A stretch of 40,690 nucleotides of DNA from Octopus sinensis (GCF_006345805.1 NW_021835901.1:1-40690), one strand, 5' to 3'; positions 23,001 through 30,500 are shown, numbered from the stretch's first letter. Numbers and translations: made by a program. The notes: generated from the letters alone by a model not told the origin.

Positions 23001-24301
23001 GTCATAGGTTTAGCATGGATATAAGAGAGAAGAAAGATAAAAGGTGTTAACATGTGATCATTAAATAAGATGATTGCAACATTGTTAGATTAAGTAGGAT
23101 GTCTTAATAGAAAAAGGAGGCTTAGGAAGGTCAGTCTATTTTGTTATGGACCTAAATATTGAGCCATTATATAGGACCACTGTAGGCAGTATAAAAGTGC
23201 CAACCGAACCTATAGTGGTCAGAAGTTGTCCATTTATGATAGGAATGTCTTACAATAATAAAATATAAACCATTAACAGAAACGGGAAATTATGCTATGA
23301 AGTGTAAAATTTGGAAATATTTATTTCAGATTCTATAATGGTAGAGGAGAAGCATCTTCATAGGGTGTCCCAAAAGTTGGGAGGTAAATGGATGGTACTT
23401 GGTGAGTATAAAATACCCAATTTCTATAAATTTTGCTTTCAGCTAAACTTTTGTTTGTTTGAATGACTGAGAACAGGTTCCGTTCCTAATTTCCAATTGA
23501 AAGTTTAGCTATAAAGTAAAGCTATCACTGAAATTTCATAAAATATCTACGGACGTCAGCACGGTTGTAAAATGTATAAATTAGAAGGTCCAGTAGAGTT
23601 AATACTATCGTTTGTAAAAGGGGACCCCAAAATATTGTTGTTTAAGAATAAACAGGTGAATTAATGACAATGTTTTTGCTTGTTTACACTTTTAGTAAGT
23701 TTACTGGTAGGGTGTTGTTGTTGATGTTTATTTCGGCAGATATCGGCCTTAATCTGGCAGAATTAAGAGGAAAGGGTCCCAGATGTGCCATCACTCTTTC
23801 TCTTGGGGGAAGAGGACCATACTATCAAACACTTCTTCTGCCAGTTGTTCACCAGACATTTTCTCATGTGTAATTTTCAATGAATTTTTTTTTAAATTCT
23901 TCTCCTTCTCCAGCCTTTATTTCAAATTGTTTGGTATTTTTATCAACATCTTTAGAGATAGATAACAATGTCTTCTAATGTCCCTGTTTCTTAAGTATTT
24001 CTCATTCTTCTATTCACATAATTTCTTTGTCGTAATTAATACAGATTTTATATTATCATTAATGCTGTTGCAATTAATTCTCATTTCTTTTGCAGGAAGG
24101 GAATTAGGAATTCAACAAAATGACCTGGAAACCATCAAGCATGACCATACTGGTAACACTATGGAACAAGGCTTCCAGATGCTGCTCAAATGGTTTCGAA
24201 GTAATGACCCAGCGAAACGTAGACTTCAAATATTAAAAAAAGCTCTTGTAAGAACTGAATGTTATGAGGCACACGAATATTTATCATCAGAATTCAATTG
24301 A
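4200..24301 (+). CDS. Spliced gene (14 coding exons, about 600 aa): Mind-bomb-like ankyrin repeats + RING finger + 4x17-aa repeats + Death domain; putative E3 ubiquitin ligase/adaptor
   Basis: Exons 4200-4283, 6181-6332, 7761-7917, 9057-9415, 12382-12418, 15914-16126, 18375-18550, 19501-19643, 20493-20543, 20659-20709, 20825-20875, 20991-21041, 23330-23401, 24096-24301. All introns are GT-AG, phases match, and the total is 1803 nt with no internal stop. Shows TPLH ankyrin motifs, C3HC4 RING spacing and a Death-domain pattern (LG..W..LGRELG...EQ.FQML.KW). Confidence 0.88.
4440..4730 (-). mobile_element. Degenerate LINE reverse-transcriptase fragment (CR1/Jockey-like)
   Basis: [13 protein letters not shown]...[12 protein letters not shown] resembles the RT pattern ALD.SKAFD.VW...INSGVPQ. 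Confidence 0.6.
5205..5474 (+). mobile_element. SINE/retroposon 3' portion with (GAT)n tail (family D)
   Basis: Internal repeat TGCCAGCCTCG...GGCACGTA; CCAACCCATGC...GATGATGAT tail; related pieces at 16160-16305 and 25094-25151. Confidence 0.7.
5478..5760 (-). repeat. AT-rich dispersed repeat, inverted copy of the 7960-8370 family
   Basis: TAGGCAAATCAAACAGTGAAAAACATAA is the reverse complement of the motif at about 8310, 14775 and 28700. Confidence 0.8.
6181..6332 (+). CDS. Coding exon 2, ankyrin repeats
   Basis: Polypyrimidine tract + CAG; [12 protein letters not shown]...[19 protein letters not shown]; AA|GTAAGG donor, phase 2. Confidence 0.92.
7195..7510. mobile_element. Second palindromic Penelope-like terminal-repeat fragment
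   Basis: Inverted arms about 7197-7270 and 7290-7370. Same downstream sequence (CAAATTTCCGCA...CGTAACTTCAACCGTG...TTTGCTACCC) as 129-440. Confidence 0.5.
7761..7917 (+). CDS. Coding exon 3, ankyrin repeats
   Basis: TTTCAG acceptor; [18 protein letters not shown]; CAG|GTTAGC donor; phase 2 to 0. Confidence 0.92.
7960..8370 (+). mobile_element. AT-rich dispersed element headed by a hammerhead motif (Penelope-derived or retrozyme-like)
   Basis: Shares TTTATGTTTTTCACTGTTTGATTTGCCTA with three other copies in the window; hammerhead motif at 7993-8087. Confidence 0.6.
7993..8087 (+). ncRNA. Minimal type I hammerhead ribozyme motif with weak stem I
   Basis: CTGAAGA at 7995-8001; stem II TGACTATAAC/GTTATGGCCA extended by TAATTCGAATT/AATTCGAATTA; GAAA at 8072-8075; palindromic ACGTACGT; GUA site at 8083. 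Confidence 0.6.
8445..8867 (+). mobile_element. tRNA-derived SINE, family A, full length
   Basis: A box GTGGCTGTGTGG, B-box-like GGTTCAGTCCC, internal microsatellite, AAAAGAGT tail; five copies in the window. Confidence 0.85.
9057..9415 (+). CDS. Coding exon 4, about 3.5 ankyrin repeats
   Basis: TTTTAG acceptor; four TPLH motifs at 34-aa spacing; AA|GTAAGT donor; phase 0 to 2. Confidence 0.93.
10160..11075 (+). mobile_element. Internally deleted mariner (Tc1/mariner) transposon
   Basis: TIRs CGAGAGGGGTACCCAAAAGTAACCG / CGGGTGCTTTTGGGTCCCCACCTCA flanked by TA. Broken transposase: [50 protein letters not shown]. Confidence 0.88.
11189..11550 (-). mobile_element. 3' end fragment of a CR1/L2-group LINE
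   Basis: [18 protein letters not shown]...[16 protein letters not shown] is a typical LINE ORF2 C-terminus. Confidence 0.75.
11726..11812 (+). ncRNA. Degenerate minimal hammerhead ribozyme motif
   Basis: GGT-CTGAAGA (11730-11736); stem II AGCCAGTGG/CCGCTTGCT; GAAA at 11796-11799; near-palindrome ACATACGT; GUA; then GCC. Confidence 0.5.
11885..12112 (-). mobile_element. SINE family C
   Basis: Minus strand begins GGCGGCGAGCTGGCAGAAACGTTAGC (tRNA-like head); GACCCCGAAAGGATGAAAGG core; second copy at 39725-39901. Confidence 0.8.
12131..12230 (-). mobile_element. SINE family B fragment
   Basis: Reverse complement matches about 39985-40080. Confidence 0.75.
12382..12418 (+). CDS. Coding exon 5 (37 nt, [13 protein letters not shown]), completes an ankyrin repeat
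   Basis: TTTCAG acceptor, CAG|GTTAGT donor; supplies the phase 2 to 0 bridge needed between exons 4 and 6. Confidence 0.8.
12786..13330 (+). mobile_element. Non-coding dispersed element, probably RTE-derived, embedded in (TATG)n
   Basis: GC-richer block between two (TATG)n tracts; TAGGGCATCCTTCTAGGAGAAGG recalls RTE 5' UTR motifs (from memory). Confidence 0.4.
13331..13960. repeat. Compound (TATG)n/(TG)n/(CATG)n microsatellite
   Basis: Directly visible; explains the spurious HTYI/MYVC ORFs. Confidence 0.97.
14239..14561 (-). mobile_element. SINE family A
   Basis: Reverse complement of about 8447-8800. Confidence 0.85.
14570..14826 (+). repeat. AT-rich dispersed repeat (7960-8370 family)
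   Basis: TTTATGTTTTTCACTGTTTGATTTGCCTAATA motif. Confidence 0.75.
14827..15490. repeat. Long imperfect (TA)n microsatellite
   Basis: Directly visible. Confidence 0.97.
15914..16126 (+). CDS. Coding exon 6, ankyrin repeats
   Basis: [20 protein letters not shown]...[17 protein letters not shown]; GAG|GTAAGT donor; phase 0 to 0. Confidence 0.9.
16160..16305 (+). mobile_element. Family D SINE 3' fragment
   Basis: TGGTTGGCATTAGGAAGGGCAT...CCAACCCATGCCAGCAT...ATGATGATG, as at 5330-5474. Confidence 0.7.
16741..17236 (-). mobile_element. SINE family A, full length, with expanded internal (TA)n
   Basis: Reverse complement of 8445-8867. Confidence 0.88.
18375..18550 (+). CDS. Coding exon 7, last (Mind-bomb-like) ankyrin repeat
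   Basis: TTTGCAG acceptor; [28 protein letters not shown]; CT|GTAAGT donor; phase 0 to 2. Confidence 0.9.
18846..19307 (-). mobile_element. Mariner 5' remnant
   Basis: [24 protein letters not shown] (mariner HTH linker); TIR-like TACAAGGGTGGGCTGAAAA at about 19307. Confidence 0.8.
19501..19643 (+). CDS. Coding exon 8, C3HC4 RING finger (MIB/IAP-type spacing)
   Basis: CRWC...[12 protein letters not shown]...CPICR; CCACAG acceptor; G|GTAAGA donor; phase 2 to 1. Confidence 0.93.
19926..20165 (+). mobile_element. Mariner 5' remnant
   Basis: TIR-like AAGGTGGTATCAGAAAGTTC; [12 protein letters not shown] transposase start. Confidence 0.55.
20493..20543 (+). CDS. Micro-exon 9 (51 nt, [17 protein letters not shown])
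   Basis: TTATTTCAG acceptor, G|GTGAGT donor, phase 1-1, open frame. Confidence 0.75.
20659..20709 (+). CDS. Micro-exon 10 (51 nt, [17 protein letters not shown])
   Basis: Same splice signals as exon 9, phase 1-1. Confidence 0.7.
20825..20875 (+). CDS. Micro-exon 11 (51 nt, [17 protein letters not shown])
   Basis: Same splice signals as exon 9, phase 1-1. Confidence 0.7.
20991..21041 (+). CDS. Micro-exon 12 (51 nt, [17 protein letters not shown])
   Basis: Same splice signals as exon 9, phase 1-1. Confidence 0.7.
22110..22580 (+). mobile_element. Degenerate Hero-like (R2 group) non-LTR retrotransposon RT fragment
   Basis: [15 protein letters not shown]...[11 protein letters not shown]...[15 protein letters not shown]...FKIAGE...[12 protein letters not shown], with in-frame stops. 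Confidence 0.7.
23330..23401 (+). CDS. Coding exon 13, start of Death domain ([24 protein letters not shown])
   Basis: TTATTTCAG acceptor, G|GTGAGT donor, phase 1-1; joins exon 14 to give [13 protein letters not shown]. Confidence 0.88.
24096..24301 (+). CDS. Coding exon 14, remainder of Death domain and stop codon
   Basis: TTTGCAG acceptor; [33 protein letters not shown]...ILKKAL; TGA ends at 24301. Confidence 0.92.
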
Positions 24302-24479
24302 ATTTCTTTGCAAATTGTTGCTGTTGCTTAGTCGCAAGTCTATCTTCACCACAGACCTATTATCAAATGCCTTCCATCCAGGAGCATCCTGTCTTTTTCC
24401 TAAGTATAGAGAACGTAGAACCACATTGTTTAATGTGTCCTTCTTTAAGGTGATAAGTTCTGAATGGAGTAGGGTTTGG

Positions 24480-25370
24480 GGATCTTTACCTTTTGACCGG
24501 CAGATTTAGAAAATAATTTTTTGGAACTGAATACTTTCATACTTCGTATTCTGGTAGAATGTGTCGTATAAAACTTTTTTTACTCTTAGCATTTTTGAGA
24601 AAAGTTTATATTTACGAAGTTATTCCGTGTTAAATTTGTCGTATTTCAGTAATTTCAACCAATCAATGATGTGTATTCAGCTGAATAAAATTACTGCCGT
24701 TGTTTGTTAACAACAACTTCCGGAGGTGTATATTTTGTTTGTCACTGTTATTTATGACATATTTCATCTCAGTTATGTTTGTATGAAAAACGTGTGTATC
24801 TGCAACGTGTTTACTTCATGGCACCGCTATAATCGTTCGTGCATTTCTACTGGTTTTAGTTATTTTTTCCTGTTTTTCAGCTACTATTTTTGGAAAGACT
24901 TTTTTAACCCTAACCCTAAAACCCTATCCCTAACACTAAATCCCTAGCCCTAACACTAAAACCTTAACTCTAACCCCAAAACCTTAACCCTAACCTTAAA
25001 ACCTTAAAGCTAAAACTAGTACAAACGCACGAACGATGTCATAAATAACAGTGACAAATGAAAAATACACCGCCGATAGTTGTTGTTGACAAACATCATC
25101 ATCATCGTCATCATCATCCTTTAACGTCCGCTTTGCATGCAAGCATGGGTTAGCAGTAATTTTATTCAGCTGAATACACATCATTGATTGGTTGAAATTA
25201 CTGAAATACGACAAATTTAACACGAAATAACTTCGTAAATATAAACTTTTCTTAAAAACGCTAAGAGTAAAAGATGTTTTATACGACACATTCTACCAGA
25301 ATATGAAGTTTGAAAGAATTTAGTTACAAGAAATTATTTTCTAAATCTGCCAGTCAAAAGGTAAAGATCC
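24480..25370. mobile_element. Non-autonomous long-TIR (foldback/MITE-like) DNA element with internal telomere-like repeats
   Basis: ~280-bp TIRs beginning GGATCTTTACCTTTTGAC; flanks GGGTTTGG / GGATTTGG (8 bp, 1 mismatch); degenerate (TAACCC)n at 24905-25015. Confidence 0.85.
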
Positions 25371-26537
25371 GGATTTGGTTACTAATTCTATCAGATCTCT
25401 CTACCACCTGTAGACCCCTTTACTGGTTTGGTTCACTCATTGTTCTAGATAAACTGTGGAAATAAAGACAAACTTTGAAATTTCATTTGTTGTTGTTGTT
25501 GTTGTAAGTCCCAGCATCTCCCTAAACACTTCCATTGTTATATAGACAGTTTAAATATCCTGTGGAATTTTTCAAAAAACGAAAGTTGTAAATTCCATTT
25601 TGTGAAACTTACTTAAAATGCACATTTTGTTTTCAAGTAGAACCTCCTTGTGGACACAATTGTCAGTCAATATACAGTTTCTATTTGTCTCAGCCAATAT
25701 TTTTACATTAGCCTTCATCCAAAATCTAGAAAAGGAAACTTACAGCTGACCACGGGAGAAGAATTGCGTTGGAAGTTATATTCTGCTTGGTTTAAATGTC
25801 TGTCCCTGTGCCTTGCTGCATGTCAAGGCAGAGACTGGTTCCACAGGAAATTGTTTATGTGGTAACTGTGAATGGGAACTCCAGTCATTGAGACCCATGC
25901 GGAATCCTTGAGATTACCAGCACTGATCCTGCAGAAGGGCCACAAGCAACCTCAGTCACAATAATAAGATCGTGTAAGCAGATAATAACGTAGCCTGTGT
26001 CATTGCAATGGCCTTGTTTAACATCTAAATTCTTCGAAAACCTAATGCAGCCTCTTGCCTTTGAGGTGAGGATATGTCCATTGAAAACCTGATGGTAGGA
26101 GTTTGTTGATGAATTTGATTAGGTACAGAGCTTCGTTATCAACTGTATCTGAGCTTTCTGTATATCTTTACCTCGCCAGGGATCCTGGTCAACATGAATT
26201 CATTCACAAATTGTGATATTTTATTTGTTGGAATAATGGTCTATTTGCAAGCCTCACCGGGGTCTGTGAAGTTATTTGCAAGGTCAGCCTATACAAAATC
26301 ACTTAGAATTAAAGACAAAGGTTGTAAGTCAGGTTGATTTTGAATGCACCTAGACTTTGTTCGACAGAAATGTCACTATTTCCTACATCTCTCTTTCATC
26401 AGAATGATCTTTTGCAAAGTCTTAGATTGGTTGTCAACTTCACTACTTGTACCAAATCCTCATATAAATGTATTTGAATTTTTCTTGTTATATATTACAT
26501 TTAAACACAGATATATACTTGATTTTACATGATTGAT

Positions 26538-26570
<33 letters not shown>

Positions 26571-26576
<6 letters not shown>

Positions 26577-28363
26577 TGGCATCCTTTCTGTCTCGGGAGA
26601 CAATGGAGTTGCGCATTTTTTTTTTCTAGGTCTAGTCCGGCTGTTATATTTTATTTCCTGTTACATTTCTTGCTGTGGCTGTGTAGTCCTATCCTGGACA
26701 AACACTCCCTCTGGCAGGTACTGCAAATGTAGCGAAGACTGTTCCTGGCTGGTTGTAGTGCCATGGTCTCTTGTTTATGTCTCTTCCTTTCTTTCCATTT
26801 CTCCTCTCTCTTTCTGTCACTCCTCTGTATACCCTCTTTTACTGTACGTCGCCATTCTCCACGGTTGCCGGCGACTGCCTCCCAACCGCTAATGTTGATG
26901 TTGCAGGCCTTCATATCCCTTTTGCAAACATCCTTGTAACGCAAGATCGGTCTACCCACAGACCTAGTACCCCTAGCAAGCTCTCCGTAGAGTATGTCCT
27001 TGGGGATTCTGCCATCTTTCATACGGCTAACATGCCCAAGCCATCTCATACGTCTTTGTGTGAGGAGTGCAAACATGCTTGGTATTCCTGCTTGCCTGAG
27101 GACATCTTTGTTGGGGATATGATTCTGCCATTTGATGTGGAGGATTTTTCGGAGGCAGCGCAGGTGAAAGATATTTAGGCGACGCTCTTGGCGTGTGTAT
27201 AGCGTCCAGGTCTCGCTTCCATACAGTAGAGTGCTGAGTACACATGCCTGGTAGATCTTCATTTTTGTGGTCTTAGTCAGCTTATTGTTGTCCCAAGCCC
27301 GTTTGGAGAGTTGGGCCATCGCAGCAGCTGCCTTGCCAATGCGTATATTGAGCTCAGCGTCAAGGGATAGGTTGTAGGTGACGGTAGAGCCCAGATAGGT
27401 AAACTTCTCCACCTCTTGTAATGTGTGGTCTCCAATATGTATGTTTGGGATGTCCGATGTAGCCTGGCCCATGATGTTGGTCTTCTTAAGGCTGATAGCT
27501 AAGCCAAAGTCGTTACATGCTTGCTCAAAACAGTTAATGAGCCTTTGGAGGGCTTCTTCTGTGTGTGTTACCAGAGCGGCATCATCAGCAAATAACATCT
27601 CCTTGATCAGGACGTTTCTGATTTTGGTCTTGGCACGCAGGCGCGAGAGATTGAACAGTTTCCCGTCACTTCTACTGTGCAGAAACACTCCATCATCTGA
27701 TGTCTGAAAGGCATGTGACAGCAAGAGTGAGAAGAAGATGCCAAACAATGTAGGAGCGAGGACACAGCCTTGCTTTACCCCGTTTTTTATTTGGAAGGCG
27801 GCTGATGTTGAACCGTTGTGCTGTATGGTGCCTTGCATGTCATCATGGAAAGACTTGATGATCCTCAGCAGCTTTGGTGGACATCCGATTTTTTGGAGCA
27901 GGAGGAAGAGGCCTGTTCTGCTTACCGAGTCAAAAGCCTTTGTTAGATCAATGAAGGCCATATATAATGGCATTTTCTGCTCTCTGGACTTCTCCTGAAG
28001 TTGGCGTATGGAGAATATCATATCGATAGTTGATCTGCTTCTTCTAAAGCCACACTGCGATTCCGGATAGATTCGAGAAGCAAGTAGTTGTAGCCTGGCC
28101 AGGATAACGCGGGCAAAGGTCTTTCCAACAGTGCTTAGAAGGGATATACCACGGTAATTGTTACAATCACCACGGTCACCTTTGTTTTTGTAGAGCGTAA
28201 TGATGTTGGCATCCCGCATATCCTGAGGGACTGTACCCTCTTCCCAGCACTGACACAGAAGCTCATAAAGGTGCCGAAGCAGGATGGTGTTTTTGCCGGC
28301 TTTGATGATCTCTGAGGGGATGCCGTCTTTTCCCGGAGCCTTATTTCTTGCTAGGGAGTCAAC
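26571..28363 (-). mobile_element. 5'-truncated RTE-clade LINE inserted in (TA)n
   Basis: Uninterrupted frame from 28363 (NKAPGKDGIP) to the stop at 26651; short 3' UTR; (TA)n on both sides. Confidence 0.93.
26651..28219 (-). CDS. RTE LINE reverse transcriptase (N-terminally truncated) with C-terminal Cys/His motif
   Basis: NYRGISLL, QCGFR, FIDLTKAFD, GVKQG, LFADD, YLGS, RWLGHV, CSTC...HSH..C. Confidence 0.9.
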   Translation of the reverse strand: MRDANIITLYKNKGDRGDCNNYRGISLLSTVGKTFARVILARLQLLASRIYPESQCGFRRSRSTIDMIFSIRQLQEKSREQKMPLYMAFIDLTKAFDSVSRTGLFLLLQKIGCPPKLLRIIKSFHDDMQGTIQHNGSTSAAFQIKNGVKQGCVLAPTLFGIFFSLLLSHAFQTSDDGVFLHSRSDGKLFNLSRLRAKTKIRNVLIKEMLFADDAALVTHTEEALQRLINCFEQACNDFGLAISLKKTNIMGQATSDIPNIHIGDHTLQEVEKFTYLGSTVTYNLSLDAELNIRIGKAAAAMAQLSKRAWDNNKLTKTTKMKIYQACVLSTLLYGSETWTLYTRQERRLNIFHLRCLRKILHIKWQNHIPNKDVLRQAGIPSMFALLTQRRMRWLGHVSRMKDGRIPKDILYGELARGTRSVGRPILRYKDVCKRDMKACNINISGWEAVAGNRGEWRRTVKEGIQRSDRKREEKWKERKRHKQETMALQPARNSLRYICSTCQRECLSRIGLHSHSKKCNRK

Positions 28364-28385
28364 ATATATATATATATATGGATCC

Positions 28386-28482
28386 TAGTGGTTTTACTTT
28401 TTATCTTATTTTAAACTTTTTAATACTTTTTGATAGTTATATATATTAAAATTAAAAAAATAAAAATAAACATATATATATA

Positions 28483-28578
<96 letters not shown>

Positions 28579-28750
28579 TTATAAATATAAATTGATAATT
28601 TAAAATTTTTAACTTTAAATTTAAATAATTTAAATTTAGAATTTTATATTTTATATATTTTGTATATTATATTAATTAATTTTATTTCTATGTTTTGGTT
28701 TATGTTTTTCACTGTTTGATTTGCCTAGTGGTTTTGTCTCTAATTTAATT
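28386..28750 (+). repeat. AT-rich dispersed repeat (7960-8370 family), lacking the hammerhead
   Basis: TAGTGGTTTTACTT...AAACTTTT..ATACTTTTT matches 8082-8140; shared TTTCACTGTTTGATTTGCCTA. Confidence 0.8.
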
Positions 28751-29081
28751 GGGCAAGTGTCTTCTGCTATAGCCTCGGGCCGACCAAAGCCTTGTGAGTG
28801 GATTTGGTTAGCGGAAACTGAAAGTAGCCCGTCGTATATATGTACATATATATATGCGTGCGTATGTTTGTGTGTCTGTGTTTGTCCCCCTAGCATTGCT
28901 TGACAACCGATTCTGGTGTGTTTATGTCCCCGTTACTTAGCGGTTCGGCAAAAGAGACCGATAGAATAAGTACTGGGCTTACAAAAGAATAAGTCCCGGG
29001 GTCGATTTGCTCGATTAAAAGGCGGTGCTCCAGCATGGCCGAAGTCAAATGACTGGAACAAGAAAAAGAGTAAAAAAGAGT
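28750..29081 (+). mobile_element. SINE family A, 5'-truncated
   Basis: Matches about 8522-8867. Confidence 0.85.
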
Positions 29082-29220
29082 ATATTTATTCATATTTATA
29101 AGGTATAATTTATAAATTTCAATTCTTAATATTACGAAGTATAATTTTTAAATAGTTATTTTTAATCTTTAATGCTTATTTTTAAAGGGATATAAAATTA
29201 GATATACGATATTTTGAAAT

Positions 29221-29358
29221 AGAACCTGAAGATGTGTTGGAATAATTGTAAATCTGACGATTGAATATATGTATTTATATATGTATATATATATAGGTAT
29301 ACAGATGTGTATATGTATATATATTGTAATCTTCCAATACTGAAACACGTGTAGTTCT
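29221..29358 (+). ncRNA. Minimal type I hammerhead ribozyme with intact core and long stem II
   Basis: Stem I AGAAC/GTTCT; CTGAAGA at 29226-29232; stem II GTGTTGGAA/TTCCAATAC; GAAA at 29342-29345; palindromic ACACGTGT; GUA site at 29353; AATAAA at 29368. Confidence 0.78.
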
Positions 29359-29527
29359 TTCATATTTAATAAATATAAGTATTAACTAAAGTATGATATA
29401 ATTAATGAAGTACATTATATACCCAGCTGGTAATTTTGGTTATATCCTTTAAGTATTATTTCGTGATGTGCAAACTGATACCATGAGTTTATTGTCAGAT
29501 ATAGTCATTAGGGTTTATATATATATA

Positions 29528-29919
29528 CTAGCAGTATCGCCCGGCGTTGCTCGGGGTTGTAAGGGAAATAACTATATAAGTATTTTTAGAGATTTATAGC
29601 CCTAAAATAGCAAAATATGCATTAAAAATGGAAAAAAGATGATGGTAGATTTTTAAAAAATCGTTGACTAATCGTAGACATTTTTAGAGAGTTACTTCCC
29701 TTATATAATAGCGAAAAAATGTATTAAAATGGAAAAAAATGATGGTAAATTATTTTTTAAATCGAAGACTCATCGTAGACGCGCGCATATACCATAAGGG
29801 CTCGATATGAATCACGACTATAAGATACTCGCTTTTGGTTACACTGCACCGCAAAATGTGGGAGTAGTTAGGAATCTAAATCGTAGGAGACAGACACACA
29901 ACTTGACTTTTATATATAA

Positions 29920-29922
<3 letters not shown>
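29528..29922 (-). mobile_element. Non-autonomous Helitron
   Basis: Minus strand reads A|TCTTTATATATAAAAG...CCCGAGCAACGCCGGG-CGATACTG-CTAG|T. Confidence 0.85.
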
Positions 29923-29965
<43 letters not shown>

Positions 29966-29975
29966 TATTATATAT

Positions 29976-30500
29976 ATATATATATAAAACTGTATGAGTG
30001 TCTGTCCCCTGTGTGAGTGTCTGTCCCCTTCGATTTAGATTCCTAACTACTCCCACATTTTGCGGTGCAGTTTAACCAAATTCGGGTATCTTATAGTCGT
30101 GATTCATATCGAGCCCGTCTGCGTATTAGCGCGCGTCTACGATGAGTCTACGATTTTAAAAATAATTTAACATCATTTTTTATTCCATTTTAATGCATAA
30201 TTTTTCGCGTGTCGATGGCGGCGGAGTTGGCGTCCACGCTCACACCTGCACCTGATTGCTTCTCCCCCTTCGTCCCTCCTTCGTGAAGCTGTGGGGAAGG
30301 GAGTGTAAGGAAATCAACGTCGTAAAGCGTTGTCAAGGAGACCAGCGTTCTTTTAGAACAACGACTTCATGGCTTGAAGACACCAAAACAGAAATGGCTA
30401 AGAAAGCCCGAATTGGCATCTATAAGGGAAGTAACTCTCTAAAAATGCTTATATAGCTATTTCCCTTACAAACCCGAGCAACGCCGGGCGATACTGCTAG
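29976..30500 (+). mobile_element. Non-autonomous Helitron with extra internal segment
   Basis: 3' hairpin CCCGAGCAACGCCGGG then CTAG|T at 30500; body homologous to the neighbouring copies. Confidence 0.85.

Noticed and set aside
4200-24301. Assigning the symbol MIB2, ANK1/2/3, DAPK or ANKDD1
   Set aside because: The architecture matches none of them (no MZM/REP, ZU5 or kinase domain; RING plus DD present), and orthology cannot be shown without a phylogeny.
24905-25015. True telomere or chromosome-fusion site
   Set aside because: Short, degenerate, single orientation and enclosed by transposon TIRs.
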